A stretch of 32,000 nt of DNA from Candidatus Saccharimonadota bacterium (GTDB taxonomy: Bacteria; Pseudomonadota; Gammaproteobacteria; Enterobacterales; Enterobacteriaceae), in NCBI GenBank assembly GCA_015134435.1, contig CP043989.1, positions 180,705-212,704 on the forward strand, in the 5' to 3' direction. Of this stretch, positions 1-11,582 are shown in pieces (the stretch's first letter is position 1; the number at the start of each line of letters is the position of its first letter). The position numbers and the translations under genes were made by a program. Under the pieces are notes generated by a model. The model was not told the origin of the DNA and made no database searches. It saw only the letters and a list, made by a program, of their open reading frames with translations.

Positions 1-140
1 AATAATATACGTCTTAAAACATTTCCCAAAGTATATCCAAACCCTCTTTCTAAAGGTTTTAAAATTATAAAAGAAGAAGTATTTGAAATTTTTTTTATTT
101 TCATTAATTTAGGTTTTAAAATTTTTAAATTATTAATCAT
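1..140 (-). CDS. rpoA: DNA-directed RNA polymerase alpha subunit, N-terminal fragment (runs off window)
   Basis: Minus-strand ATG at 138-140. Translation [47 protein letters not shown] matches the RpoA N-terminal motif (E. coli [21 protein letters not shown]). It follows rpsD as in the alpha operon. Confidence 0.85.
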   Translation of the reverse strand, partial: MINNLKILKPKLMKIKKISNTSSFIILKPLERGFGYTLGNVLRRIL

Positions 141-166
141 AATTAATTAATCTCATAATTATTAAT

Positions 167-787
167 TTATTTTGAATAAAATTCTAAAATAAGATGATCT
201 TCTATATCAGGAAAAATATATTTTTTTTTAGGAAAAAATTTAAACACACCTTCTAATTTTTTAATATCAATTTCTAATCAATTAGGTAATTCACGCTGTT
301 TAAATAATTCTAAAGAATATTTAATACGATCTTGATTCTTTGCTTTATTTCTAATACTTATTATATCATTTAAAGATACTAAAAATGATGGAATATTAAC
401 AATTTTATTATTAACTAAAATACATTTATGATTTATTAATTGACGAGATTCCGAACGAGTTACTCCAAAACCCATTCTATAAACAACATTATCTAATCTT
501 CTTTCTAAAAATAAAAATAAAATTTCACTTGTATTTTTTTTTAAACAAACAGATTTTTTATAATAATTTAAAAATTGCTTTTCTGTAATACCATATATAT
601 AACGAATTTTTTGTTTTTCTCTTAATTGAAGACCATAATCTGACAATCTATTTTTTTTATATCCATGTTGTCCAGGTAAACGACTAATATTACATTTTGA
701 TTCAATAGGACGTAAATTAGATTTTAAAAATAAATCAGTACCTTGTCTACGACTTAATTTTAATTTAGAACCTAAATATTTAACCAT
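167..787 (-). CDS. rpsD: 30S ribosomal protein S4
   Basis: Track ORF 278..787 ends at TGA (278-280). With TGA=Trp it continues in frame to TAA 167-169: ...[41 protein letters not shown]. This is colinear with the E. coli S4 C-terminus (...PTWLEVD...INEHLIVELYSK). Confidence 0.95.
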
Positions 788-816
788 TTTATAAATTCCT
801 AAAAATAATTATTTTA

Positions 817-1209
817 TTAAATACGTCTTTTTTTAGGTGGACGACAACCATTATGAGGTATAGGTGTAATATCATTAATATTAATAATATTAAAACCAGC
901 ATTATATAAAGCTCTTATACTTGATTCTCTTCCAGGACCAGGTCCATTTATCATAATTTCTAAATTTTTTATATTATATTGTTTAACAATTTCAATACAT
1001 TTTTCTGTAGCTATTTGTGCTGCAAAAGGAGTAGATTTTCTAGATCCTCTAAAACCTGATCCACCTGATGTTTTTCATCCTAATACATTACCAAATTTAT
1101 CAGTAATACTAATTATAGTATTATTAAAAGAAGCATAAATATAAGCTATACCATTAAATATTTGCTTTTTTTTTTTTTTTTTAATATTTTTTTTAAATAT
1201 TTTAGACAT
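817..1209 (-). CDS. rpsK: 30S ribosomal protein S11
   Basis: Absent from the track because it is split by TGA at 1075-1077. ATG 1207-1209 to TAA 817-819 gives 131 codons. [60 protein letters not shown]...[12 protein letters not shown] is colinear with E. coli S11, and the TGA sits at the conserved GW(A)T Trp. Confidence 0.95.
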
Positions 1210-1227
1210 AAAATTTTCCAAATAAAA

Positions 1228-1584
1228 TTATTTTTTAAATTTACGTAATTTTTTACAAGTTTTAGCATTTGTTTTTGTACGTTGACCACGTACAGGTAAT
1301 TTTTTACGATGTCTAATCCCACGATAACAATTTATATCAATTAATCGTTTAATATTTAACATTATTTCTCTTCTTAAATCACCTTCTAATATAAAATTAG
1401 AAATTTTTTTTCTTATTATATTTATTTTTTCTTTATTTAAATCTTTTACTTTTATATAATAATTAATATTTAAATTATCACAAATTAATTTAGATCTAGA
1501 TTTTCCTATACCATATATAGAAGTTAAAGCAAATAAAATAGATTTATTTTCTATTATATTCACTCCACATATTCTAATAACCAT
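1228..1584 (-). CDS. rpsM: 30S ribosomal protein S13
   Basis: Intact 118-aa ORF with S13-like sequence (MVIRICGVNI...YRGIRHRKKLPVRGQRTKTNAKT). It lies between rpmJ and rpsK. Confidence 0.95.
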   Translation of the reverse strand: MVIRICGVNIIENKSILFALTSIYGIGKSRSKLICDNLNINYYIKVKDLNKEKINIIRKKISNFILEGDLRREIMLNIKRLIDINCYRGIRHRKKLPVRGQRTKTNAKTCKKLRKFKK

Positions 1585-1613
1585 AATATAATTTTCCTAA
1601 AATATTTTAAAAA

Positions 1614-1730
1614 TTAACCTTGACGTTGTTTATGTTTTGAATTATTACTACAAATAACATATAAAACACCAAAACGTTTAACTATTTTACAAAAAGAACA
1701 AAATTTTTTTATAGAAGCTCTTACTTTCAT
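1614..1730 (-). CDS. rpmJ: 50S ribosomal protein L36
   Basis: The hand-translated 38-aa [41 protein letters not shown] matches the L36 pattern. It starts 5 nt after the secY stop. Confidence 0.9.
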   Translation of the reverse strand: MKVRASIKKFCSFCKIVKRFGVLYVICSNNSKHKQRQG

Positions 1731-1735
1731 ATATT

Positions 1736-3040
1736 TTAATTATATTTTTTTAAAATAGAAAAATAATTATTTGATATTATTAAAGATTTTATTTGAGTTA
1801 TAAAATCTATAAAAACTATAATAACAATTAATAAAGAAATATTATTAAAATTAAATTTAATATTTAATATATTATATATAAAATTAGAATATAAATATAT
1901 TATTAATATATATAAAGAATTAAATAAAGTTAATTTTAAAATAATATTTTTTAAAAAAAAAGAAGTATTTTTACCTGGTCTTATTTCATATATATAAGCT
2001 CCACTTTTATTTAAATTATTAGATATATCATTAGAATTATACATTAATAAATTATAAAAAAAACAAAAAAATATTATAAAAAATATATAAATTAATAAAT
2101 ATAAAAAATTTTTATAATAAAATAAATTATTTATATATAATATAAATTTATATTTAAAATAATTATTTAATAAAAATAAAAAAAATGAAAAAAATAATAT
2201 TATATTTGAAGTAAAAATAAAAGATATTACTCCAGACATATTAATTTTAAAAGGTAAAAAAATATTATAAGAAGAAAAAAAATATTTAATATTTTTATAA
2301 TCTATAGATGAATATAAAATTAATATTTTTCTTTCAGAAATTTCAATAAAAATAATAAAATATATTATTAAAATAATAAAAAAAAATACTAAAAATAATT
2401 TCATATAAGATAAATTTTTATTTAAAAATAATTTAAATAAAATTAATAATAAATTAAAAAAATTAGATATTATATTAATAAATATTAATACTGATATACC
2501 ATTACCTAAACTATTTTCCGAAATTTGTTCTGCTAATCATATTAAAAACATTGTTCCAGTTATTAAACTAATAATAAAAATAATATTATTTAAATTATTT
2601 AATATAATATTTTTATAAATATAAAATTTATTTATATTTAAAAATAAAATAATAGAATGTATTATAGATAATAATAAAGTTAAATATTTTATATATTTAT
2701 TAATTTTATATTTTTTATAAATATCATCTTTAAATTTAATAAAATATGGAAAAATTATAATTAATAATTGAATTATAATAGAAGAAGAAATATATGGAAT
2801 AATATTTAAAGATAAAATTGAAATATTTAATAAATTATTATTTAATAATATATTAAATATATTAATAATATTATTATTATATTTAAATAAATTATTTAAT
2901 ATATAAATATTTACACCAGGTATAGATATATAATTTAATATACGAAATATAAATATATAAAAAAATAAAAATAATATTCTATTTTTTAATTCTTTAAAAG
3001 TATTTAATAATAAATTAAAAAAAATATTTTTAATATTCAT
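1736..3040 (-). CDS. secY: preprotein translocase subunit SecY
   Basis: Track ORFs 2537..3040 and 1736..2404 share a frame. I checked codons 2405-2536 and they contain no TAA or TAG. TGA 2537-2539 gives ...[23 protein letters not shown], matching E. coli ...[21 protein letters not shown]. The product is 434 aa. Confidence 0.9.
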
Positions 3041-3062
3041 ATAATTTATATAAAAATTCCAA

Positions 3063-3494
3063 TTAATTATTAATATTTAAAATTTTATAAACACTAGATG
3101 ATAATTTTATATTATTATCTAATATTTTAATATTTTTATTAAATTTTTTATAACCTAAAATTATTTTAACAAATTTAATATTATGTTTAATAATTTTATT
3201 TTTTTTTAAAATATTTAAATTTATAATAGAATTATTATTAAATATAATTAATTTATCTAAAGATAATTCTTTATAAAAAATATTTTTTTTACTTTTAAAA
3301 CCAAATTTAGGTATTCTACGATAAAAAGGTGTTTGACCACCTTCAAAATATCTTTTAATATTATAACCTGATCTAGATTTTTGACCTTTATGACCTCTAC
3401 CACTAGTTTTACCTAAACCAGATCCTATACCTCTTCCTAAACGTTTAGATTTTTTTTTTTTTGATTTATAAAATAAATTATTTAAAAATAACAT
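3063..3494 (-). CDS. rplO: 50S ribosomal protein L15
   Basis: Intact 143-aa ORF with the L15 motif [27 protein letters not shown]. It occupies the expected spc-operon position. Confidence 0.9.
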   Translation of the reverse strand: MLFLNNLFYKSKKKKSKRLGRGIGSGLGKTSGRGHKGQKSRSGYNIKRYFEGGQTPFYRRIPKFGFKSKKNIFYKELSLDKLIIFNNNSIINLNILKKNKIIKHNIKFVKIILGYKKFNKNIKILDNNIKLSSSVYKILNINN

Positions 3495-3525
3495 AATTAA
3501 TTACCATAATTAAAAAAATTTAAAA

Positions 3526-4023
3526 TTAAAAAATTTCTTTTAAAAATTTACCTCTTTTATTTGCAATAAAAAGAGGAGATTCTATACTAGATAGAGCTTT
3601 TATAGTTGCTTTTACTACATTTATAGGATTTGTAGAACCATAACATTTAGATAAAATATTTTTTATACCTGCTACTTCAAATAAAAATTTCATAGATTTA
3701 CCAGCTATTATACCAGTACCTTTTATAGTAGGTTTAATAAAAATTTTAGTACTATTATAACAATAATTTATTGAATATCTTAATGTTTTTTTTTTATTTA
3801 AAGATATAGATATAATATTTTTATAAGATTTATTTAAAGATTTTTGTATTGCTAATGGCACTTCTTTAGCTTTTGCATAACCATAACCAACTTTACCTTT
3901 TTTATTACCTACAACAGTTAAAGCAGAAAAAGAAAAAATTCTACCACCTTTAACTGTTTTAGAAATTCTATTAACAAATATTAATTTTTCACAATATTTT
4001 TTATTAAAAATATTTTTTTTCAT
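3526..4023 (-). CDS. rpsE: 30S ribosomal protein S5
   Basis: Intact 165-aa ORF. INRISKTVKGGRIFSFSALTVVGNKKGKVGYGYAKAKEVPLAIQK is S5-like. Confidence 0.95.
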   Translation of the reverse strand: MKKNIFNKKYCEKLIFVNRISKTVKGGRIFSFSALTVVGNKKGKVGYGYAKAKEVPLAIQKSLNKSYKNIISISLNKKKTLRYSINYCYNSTKIFIKPTIKGTGIIAGKSMKFLFEVAGIKNILSKCYGSTNPINVVKATIKALSSIESPLFIANKRGKFLKEIF

Positions 4024-4040
4024 ATATTTAAAACCATAAA

Positions 4041-4403
4041 TTAAAATAATAATCCATATTTTCTAGCATATTCAGCTAATTTTTTTATACGTCCATGATA
4101 TTTAAAACCAGAACGATCAAATACAACATTATTAATATTTTTACTTAAAGCTTTTTTAGCTATAATTTTACCTAAAATAGAAGCAGAATATTTATTTCCA
4201 GTATATATTTTTTTATTAAAATATTTTTTATTTAAAGTAGAAATAGATATTAATGTAACTGAATTATTATTAATATATTTTATAATTTGAGCATAAATAT
4301 GACGAGAAGTTTTATGAATTACTAAACAAATTTTATTATTTTTTTTATATATTGAACGTATTTTTTTAGATCTACGTAAACGTCTTATATTTTTATTTAA
4401 CAT
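4041..4403 (-). CDS. rplR: 50S ribosomal protein L18
   Basis: Intact 120-aa ORF with an L18-like C-terminus: VVFDRSGFKYHGRIKKLAEYARKYGL. Confidence 0.95.
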   Translation of the reverse strand: MLNKNIRRLRRSKKIRSIYKKNNKICLVIHKTSRHIYAQIIKYINNNSVTLISISTLNKKYFNKKIYTGNKYSASILGKIIAKKALSKNINNVVFDRSGFKYHGRIKKLAEYARKYGLLF

Positions 4404-4406
4404 AAT

Positions 4407-4952
4407 TTATTTATTTATTTTTTTTTTATTTTCTTTAATTTTAATAAATTCATTTTTATAACGTATACCTTTACCTTTTTTATAACATTCAGGTTTTTTA
4501 AAAGATCTTATTTCAGCTGCTACTTGACCAACTTTTTGTTTATCATAACCTTTAATAATAATTTCATTAAAATTTAAACATTTTATAATAATATTTTTAG
4601 GTATATTATATTTAATAGTATATGAATATCCTAAATTTAAAAATAATATATTTTTTTTAATATAAGATTTATAACCAATACCAATTATTATTAATTTTTT
4701 TTTAAAATTATTTTTCAAACCTAATATAATATTATTAATTATAGAACGAAAAGTACCAGCATACATAGAAAATTTATAATAAGAATTAGAATTATTTAAA
4801 ATAATTTTATTATTTTTTAATATAGGAGTAATAGAAAAATGAATTTTATTTTTAACAATTATATTATTTTTACATATTATAATTTTATTATTAATAATAT
4901 TAATTTTAATACCTTTAGGTATTAAAATAGGTTGTTTTGCAATTCTTGACAT
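4407..4952 (-). CDS. rplF: 50S ribosomal protein L6
   Basis: Intact 181-aa ORF. It starts MSRIAKQPILIPKGIKI and contains KQKVGQVAAEIRSFKKPE.YKGKGIRY, both L6-like. Confidence 0.95.
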   Translation of the reverse strand: MSRIAKQPILIPKGIKINIINNKIIICKNNIIVKNKIHFSITPILKNNKIILNNSNSYYKFSMYAGTFRSIINNIILGLKNNFKKKLIIIGIGYKSYIKKNILFLNLGYSYTIKYNIPKNIIIKCLNFNEIIIKGYDKQKVGQVAAEIRSFKKPECYKKGKGIRYKNEFIKIKENKKKINK

Positions 4953-4971
4953 TATATTACCTTAATTTTTT

Positions 4972-5370
4972 TTAATATATATAACCAATTATTTCTCCAC
5001 CAATATTTAAATAACGAGCTTTTTTATCTGATAAAACACCTTTAGAAGTAGATATAATAACAACACCTAAACCAGATCTTATTAAAGGTAAATTTTTATA
5101 AGATTTATATATTCGTAAACTAGGACGACTAATTTTTTTTATAAATGAAATAACAGGTTTATTTAAATAATATTTTAAATAAATATTTATTTTTTTTTTC
5201 TTTAAAATATCAAAAAATATATTATATTTTTTAATATAACCTTCAGAATAAATAACATTTAAAATAGAACATTTAAATTTAGTATAATAAATAGATATTT
5301 TTTTTTTTTTTGCTAATTGTGCATTTCTTATACATGTAAACATATCTGATATAGAATCTTGCATACTCAT
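4972..5370 (-). CDS. rpsH: 30S ribosomal protein S8
   Basis: Intact 132-aa ORF. MSMQDSISDMFTCIRNAQ and the C-terminal GLGVVIISTSKGVLSDKKARYLNIGGEIIGYIY are S8-like. Confidence 0.95.
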   Translation of the reverse strand: MSMQDSISDMFTCIRNAQLAKKKKISIYYTKFKCSILNVIYSEGYIKKYNIFFDILKKKKINIYLKYYLNKPVISFIKKISRPSLRIYKSYKNLPLIRSGLGVVIISTSKGVLSDKKARYLNIGGEIIGYIY

Positions 5371-5396
5371 AAATATTTACCAAAAAATTATTAATA

Positions 5397-5702
5397 TTAT
5401 CAACTAGATTTTTTTAAACCAGGAATATCACCTCTTACTGCAAATTCACGAAATTTAATTCTACTTAAACCAAATCTACGCAAAAAACCATGTGATCTTC
5501 CAGTTAAAACACATCTATTACGATGTCTACAAATACTAGAATTTCTAGGAAATGATTGTAATTTAATAATTGCATTTCATCTTTTTTTACTAGAAGATTT
5601 AATATTAGAAATAATATTTTTTAATTTTATTTTTTTATAAAAATATTTTTTTATTAATAAAGATCTTTTTTTTTCACGAATTATAATAGATTTTTTAGTC
5701 AT
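5397..5702 (-). CDS. rpsN: 30S ribosomal protein S14
   Basis: Hand-translated, ATG 5700-5702 to TAA 5397-5399, 101 aa as in E. coli. It ends ...[21 protein letters not shown] with the terminal Trp encoded by TGA (5400-5402). A second TGA gives the conserved RWNA. Confidence 0.9.
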
Positions 5703-5704
5703 AA

Positions 5705-6256
5705 TTAATTTTTAAACGGAAAAGAAAAACAATTTAATAAAAATATAGATTCATCAATATTTTTATTTTTTATAATAATAGAAATATTCATACCATGAAT
5801 ATATTTAGTTTTTTCATAATTAATTTCTGGAAAAATAATATGTTCTTTTATACCAATATTTAAATTTCCATATTTATCTAAAGATTTTTTAGAAATACCT
5901 CTAAAATCTCTAATTCTTGGAATAACAATAAATATTAATTTATCAAGAAAAAATCACATTAATTTTTTTCTTAGTGTAACTTTACATCCAATAGGATTAT
6001 TTTTACGAATTTTAAAACTAGATATAGATTTTTTAGAATTAATAATTATAGGTAACTGACCTGAAATTAATTTTAAATTTAATTTAACATCATTTATCCT
6101 ATTTTTTAATAAATCAAATGAATTTAAACTTACACTTAAAACTATTTTAATAATTTTAGGTACTTGCATAATAGATTTATAATTAAATTTTTTTATTAAA
6201 TCATATATAATAACATTTTTATATAAATTATATAATTTACTCATATTATTTTTCAT
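5705..6256 (-). CDS. rplE: 50S ribosomal protein L5
   Basis: Track ORF 5954..6256 stops at TGA 5954-5956. Read-through gives ...[30 protein letters not shown]...IIFPEINYEK...FSFPFKN, colinear with E. coli L5 (RMWEFF...VPRIRDFRG...FDFPFRK). Confidence 0.92.
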
Positions 6257-6572
6257 TAATTAATAAATTATTAAATTTTAAATAACGTACTTTTTTTTTA
6301 TTTTTTAAATATTTAAAACCTACTCTAGATAAAATAATTTTATTATTACTTAAAAAAAAATGACTAATATTAGAAATATTAATTCAAGATTCTTTTTTTA
6401 TAATTTTTCCAATTATATTATTAATAGAATCAGATTTAATATTTTTATAAACTAAATTTATATTATTAATAATAACTTTATTTAATTTAATTTTTTTAAT
6501 TATACCTCTTTTACCTTTATCTTTACCAGAAATTACAATAACTTCATCATTTACATGAAACTTACAAGACAT
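6246..6572 (-). CDS. rplX: 50S ribosomal protein L24
   Basis: Track ORF 6384..6572 ends at TGA. Read-through to TAA 6246-6248 restores ...SRVGFKYLKNKKKVRYLKFNN (E. coli [20 protein letters not shown]). It overlaps the rplE start by 11 nt. Confidence 0.9.
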
Positions 6573-6587
6573 ATTTAATTACCTTAA

Positions 6588-6956
6588 TTAAATTATTTCA
6601 GAAGCAAGAGAAATAATTTTACTAAATTTTTCACATTTTAATTCTTTTGTAATAGGACCAAAAATTCTTGTTCCTAATGGTTGATTATTATCATTTAATA
6701 TAATACAAGAATTACTATCAAATTTAATTTTAGAACCATCTAATCTTTGTATTCCATATTTAGTTCTTATAATAATAGCTTTTAATATATCACCTTTTTT
6801 AATTTTACTTTTAGATATAACTTCTTTAACAACTACTTTAATTATATTACCAATATTAGCATATTTAAATCTTGTACCACCTAAAACTTTTATACACATA
6901 ACTAATTTAGCACCAGTATTATCTGCTACTAATAAAAAAGATCTTTCTTGAATCAT
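6588..6956 (-). CDS. rplN: 50S ribosomal protein L14
   Basis: Intact 122-aa ORF with strongly L14-like sequence: [17 protein letters not shown]...[13 protein letters not shown]. Confidence 0.97.
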   Translation of the reverse strand: MIQERSFLLVADNTGAKLVMCIKVLGGTRFKYANIGNIIKVVVKEVISKSKIKKGDILKAIIIRTKYGIQRLDGSKIKFDSNSCIILNDNNQPLGTRIFGPITKELKCEKFSKIISLASEII

Positions 6957-6965
6957 AAAATATAC

Positions 6966-7208
6966 TTATTTAATAATTTTATATAAAAATCATGTTTTTT
7001 TTTTAGATAAAGGACGACATTCTTTTATCATTATAATATTATTAATATTACATTTATTATATTCATCATGAACATAAACTTTAATTTTTTTTTTTATATA
7101 TTTTTTATATATTTTATGTTTTATATATTTATTTATTATAGCTACAACAGTTTTATTCATTTTATTACTTATTACAATAGCTTTTTTAATATTTTTTTTT
7201 TTTATCAT
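6966..7208 (-). CDS. rpsQ: 30S ribosomal protein S17
   Basis: Track ORF 6990..7208 ends at TGA. Read-through gives ...ECRPLSKKKTWFLYKIIK, matching E. coli ...ECRPLSKTKSWTLVRVVEK. Stop is TAA 6966-6968. Confidence 0.9.
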
Positions 7209-7398
7209 CTAAATTTTTTTCTCATAAAATAGTTTTTATAATACTTATATTTTTTTTACATCTACGAATTAAATGATTTCTCTTAATTTTATTTAAAAAA
7301 AAACTCATACGTAAATTAAATTTTTGATTATTTAAAATAAATAATTCTCTTTTTAATTCTTCTATATTTTTATTTTTTAAAAATTTATTGTTGATCAT
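7186..7398 (-). CDS. rpmC: 50S ribosomal protein L29
   Basis: ATG at 7396-7398. [58 protein letters not shown] is L29-like (E. coli ...EQFNLRMQ...VARVKTLL). TGA at 7222-7224 read as Trp extends it to TAA 7186-7188. The 3' end is less certain than for other genes. Confidence 0.8.
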
Positions 7399-7808
7399 AA
7401 TAAATTATTTTTTATAACAAAAGTTGTTTTTATAGATAATTTTGCACTAGCTAATTTAAAAGCTTTTTTAGCAATAAATTCATTAACTCCATCTAATTCA
7501 TATAATATTTTACCAGGTTTAATAACAGCTACTCAATATTCAACATTTCCTTTACCCTTTCCCATTCTAATTTCTAAAGGTTTTTTAGTAATAGGTTTAT
7601 CAGGAAATATTCTTATCCATAAAAATCCTTGTTTTTTTATAGAACGAGTAATAACACGACGTGCAGATTCTATTTGTTTAGAAGATATATGTCCTCTAGT
7701 AATAGCTTTTAAAGCATATTTACCAAAATTAATTTCAATATCATTAGATCAACCTTTATTTCTACCCTTTTGCATTTTTTTATATTTAGTTCTTTTAGGT
7801 TGTAACAT
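7377..7808 (-). CDS. rplP: 50S ribosomal protein L16
   Basis: ATG at 7806-7808. [20 protein letters not shown]... matches E. coli [20 protein letters not shown]. The gene contains several TGA codons. TGA at 7395-7397, at about the ancestral stop position, reads through to TAA 7377-7379. Confidence 0.9.
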
Positions 7809-7823
7809 AAATAAATCTCCAAT

Positions 7824-8531
7824 TTATATTTTATAATTTTTTTTTAAATAATTTTTAAAATTAATTATTTTATTATAATATAATTTTATAGGATAAAATT
7901 TATCTAATATTTCTCCTTTAAATATTCAAACTTTTACACCAATTACTCCATAATTAGTAAAAGCTTGTTTAAAACTATAATCTATATTAGCACGTAAAGT
8001 ATGTAAAGGTATTGAACCTTGTTTATATCATTCAGTTCTAGCAATATCAGTACCTCCTAATCTACCACTAATTTTTAATTTAATACCTTTACAACCTAAA
8101 CGCATAGCATTATAAATTACTCTTTTCATAACTCTTCTAAACATCATACGTTTTTCTAATTGAAAAACAACATTATCAGCTATTAATTTAGCATCTAATT
8201 CTGGTCTACGAATTTCTAATATATTTATTTGAGAAGGTACTCCAGTAATAATAGAAATTTTATTTTTAAGTTTTTTTATATCTTCACCTTTTTTACCTAT
8301 TACTATACCAGGTCTAGCAGTATATATTATAATTCTTATACTTTTTTTAGCAGGTCTTTCAATTAATATTTTAGATATTAATGCTTTAGATAATTTTTTA
8401 TTTAAATAATTACGAACTTTATAATCACTATATATATTTTTAGCAAAATCTTTTTTATTTACAAATCATGTAGAATTTCACATTTTTGTTATACCTAAAC
8501 GTATAACATTAGGATTAACTTTTTGACCCAT
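7824..8531 (-). CDS. rpsC: 30S ribosomal protein S3
   Basis: ATG at 8529-8531. [25 protein letters not shown] matches E. coli [25 protein letters not shown], with both Trp encoded by TGA. The C-terminus ...KVWIFKGEIL... ends at TAA 7824-7826. Product 235 aa. Confidence 0.92.
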
Positions 8532-8543
8532 ATTATTTTCCTA

Positions 8544-8876
8544 TTAAATTTTACAAAGACATATAGTTATATGACTAGTTTTTTTTAATATATAATTTAA
8601 TCTACCTTTAGCTCTAGGAATAACTCTTTTAGAAGAAGAAGCATGATCAATATATATTTTTGATATAATTAATAAATTTTTATTTAAACCATAATTATTT
8701 TTAGCATTATAAATTGCTGATAATAAAATTTTTTTAATTAAAAAAGAAGCTTTTTTATTAATAAAATTTAAAATATTTAAAGCAATATTAACATTTTTTT
8801 TACGAATTAAATTAGCAACTAATCTAAGTTTTCTACAAGAAGATTTTATATAACAACCTTTAGATAAAATATTCAT
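8544..8876 (-). CDS. rplV: 50S ribosomal protein L22
   Basis: Intact 110-aa ORF with L22-like SCRKLRLVANLIRKKNVNIALNIL and IDHASSSKRVIPRAKGR. It lies between rpsS and rpsC. Confidence 0.9.
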   Translation of the reverse strand: MNILSKGCYIKSSCRKLRLVANLIRKKNVNIALNILNFINKKASFLIKKILLSAIYNAKNNYGLNKNLLIISKIYIDHASSSKRVIPRAKGRLNYILKKTSHITICLCKI

Positions 8877-8898
8877 AATAAATAAACCTTAATAAAAT

Positions 8899-9183
8899 CT
8901 AATTATTTTTTCTATTTTTATTATTATTAGATAAATGTCCCCTATAAGTTCTTGTAGGAGAAAATTCACCTAATTTATGACCTATCATTTCTTCAGTAAT
9001 ATAAACAGGAATATGATTTCTACCATTATGAACATTTATAGTTAAACCAACCATATTAGGTAAAATAGTAGAACGTCTAGATCAAGTACGAATAATACCT
9101 TTTTTTTTATTTAAAATAAATTTTTTTATTTTTTTAAGTAAAGAAACATCAATAAATGGTCCTTTTTTAAAAGAACGAGACAT
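8899..9183 (-). CDS. rpsS: 30S ribosomal protein S19
   Basis: ATG at 9181-9183. [19 protein letters not shown]...[54 protein letters not shown] is colinear with E. coli S19, with TGA 9082-9084 at RTWSRR. It ends at TAG 8899-8901. The track ORF's upstream extension to 9342 is rplB 3' sequence read in another frame. Confidence 0.92.
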
Positions 9184-9199
9184 AATTTTTTTAAAACTC

Positions 9200-10024
<825 letters not shown>

Positions 10025-10038
10025 ATATATTTAAAAAT

Positions 10039-10338
10039 TTAATTTAATTTATTTATATTAATATTTTGATCTTTTTTTAAAATAATATAAGCTTTTTTTC
10101 AAATTTTAATACGTTTATTTTTATTATTTTTAGATTTAATTATTTCTTTTACTAATAAAGTTCTAATTTTTTTAATTTTAACATTAAAAATTTTTTTTAT
10201 TATATAAGAAATATTTAATTTATTAATATTAGAATTAAATTTAAATACTAAAGTATTATTTTTTTTAGATAAAAAAAAAGTTTTTTTAGAAAAATAAGGT
10301 TTTTTAATAAAATCTAAAAAATAATTTTTATTATTCAT
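10039..10338 (-). CDS. rplW: 50S ribosomal protein L23
   Basis: Track ORF 10099..10338 ends at TGA. Read-through gives ...KRIKIWKKAYIILKKDQNINI, matching E. coli ...SDWKKAYVTLKEGQNLDF. Stop is TAA 10039-10041. Confidence 0.9.
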
Positions 10339-10942
10339 TAATTAATCTTTCCTCAATTATTTTAATAGCTTTTAAAGTAAAAATAACATTTTTATATTTT
10401 ATTAAATTTATAATATTTATATTATTAACTTTACATAAAAAAACATTATGTAAATTACGAGAAGATAAAAAAAGATTCTTATTATAATTATGAATTATAA
10501 TTAATAATTTATCTAAACTAATAAAATTAAAAAATTTAATAAATTCTTTAGTCTTTGGTTTATTAATAATAATATCATTAAAAACATGAAATCTAAATTG
10601 TCTAAAAAGTTCAGATAAAATACTTTTAAAAGCATTAATATACATTTTTCTATTAATTTTAAAAATATATTTTTTTGGTTTAGAGGCAAAAACAACCCCA
10701 CCAGAACGTCATAAAGGACTTTTTAAAGAACCAACTCTAGCTCTTCCAGTACCTTTTTGTTTTCAAGGTTTTCTATTAGAACCTTTAACTTCAGATCTAG
10801 ATTTTTGTGAAACATTTCCTTTACGTAAATTTAATCTATAAGAATTAATAACTTGATTAATTAAAGAAATATTTAAAGGAAAATTTAAAATTTTATCTGA
10901 TATTTCTATATTTAAATTATTATCTTTTAAAATTATATCCAT
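10331..10942 (-). CDS. rplD: 50S ribosomal protein L4
   Basis: ATG at 10940-10942. ...[42 protein letters not shown]...KMYINAFKSILSEL is colinear with E. coli L4, and both Trp are encoded by TGA. It overlaps the rplW start by 8 nt. Confidence 0.92.
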
Positions 10943-10953
10943 AAAATTTATAT

Positions 10954-11565
10954 TTAATTATAATTAATTGAAGATTTAATAATAATATTACTTTTATTAA
11001 AACCTGGAATAGATCCTTTTATTAATAAAATATTTTTTTTATTATATATTTTTATTACTTTAAGAAATTTTAAAGTAATTCGATTATTACCTAAACGACC
11101 GGACATTTTTTTTCCTTTAAATACTTTTCCAGGACTTTGATTTTGACCTATAGAACCGGGAGCTCTATGAGATAAAGAATTACCATGAGAACTATCTTGA
11201 GAACTAAAATTTCATCTTTTTATAGTACCACAAAATCCTTTACCTTTAGAATAACCCGTTATATCAACTTTTTTTACATTTTTAAATAAATTAATATTAA
11301 TAATTTTACCAACATAAGTATGTATATTTTTAATATAAGGAATTTCTCATAACCCTTCACCAGGTAATATATTTAATTTATTATAAAATCCTAATTCACA
11401 TTTATTTAAATATTTTTTTTTTTTTTTACCTGTAGTAACTTGAACAGTATATTTATTAATACAAGTAATAATATTTTCTTTTATTTTTATAATAGTAACA
11501 GGTATTAAATAATTTTTAATAAAAATACTAGTCATACCTATTTTTTTACCAATTAAAGATATCAT
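10954..11565 (-). CDS. rplC: 50S ribosomal protein L3
   Basis: Track ORF 11347..11565 ends at TGA. Read-through gives ...[57 protein letters not shown], which is L3-like. Stop is TAA 10954-10956. Product 203 aa. Confidence 0.92.
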
Positions 11566-11582
11566 TTTATTATATAAATATA

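Noticed and set aside
10513-10701. Minus-strand ORF of 62 aa in an alternative frame.
   Set aside because: It lies wholly inside rplD in a different frame. The rplD frame is the one with homology.
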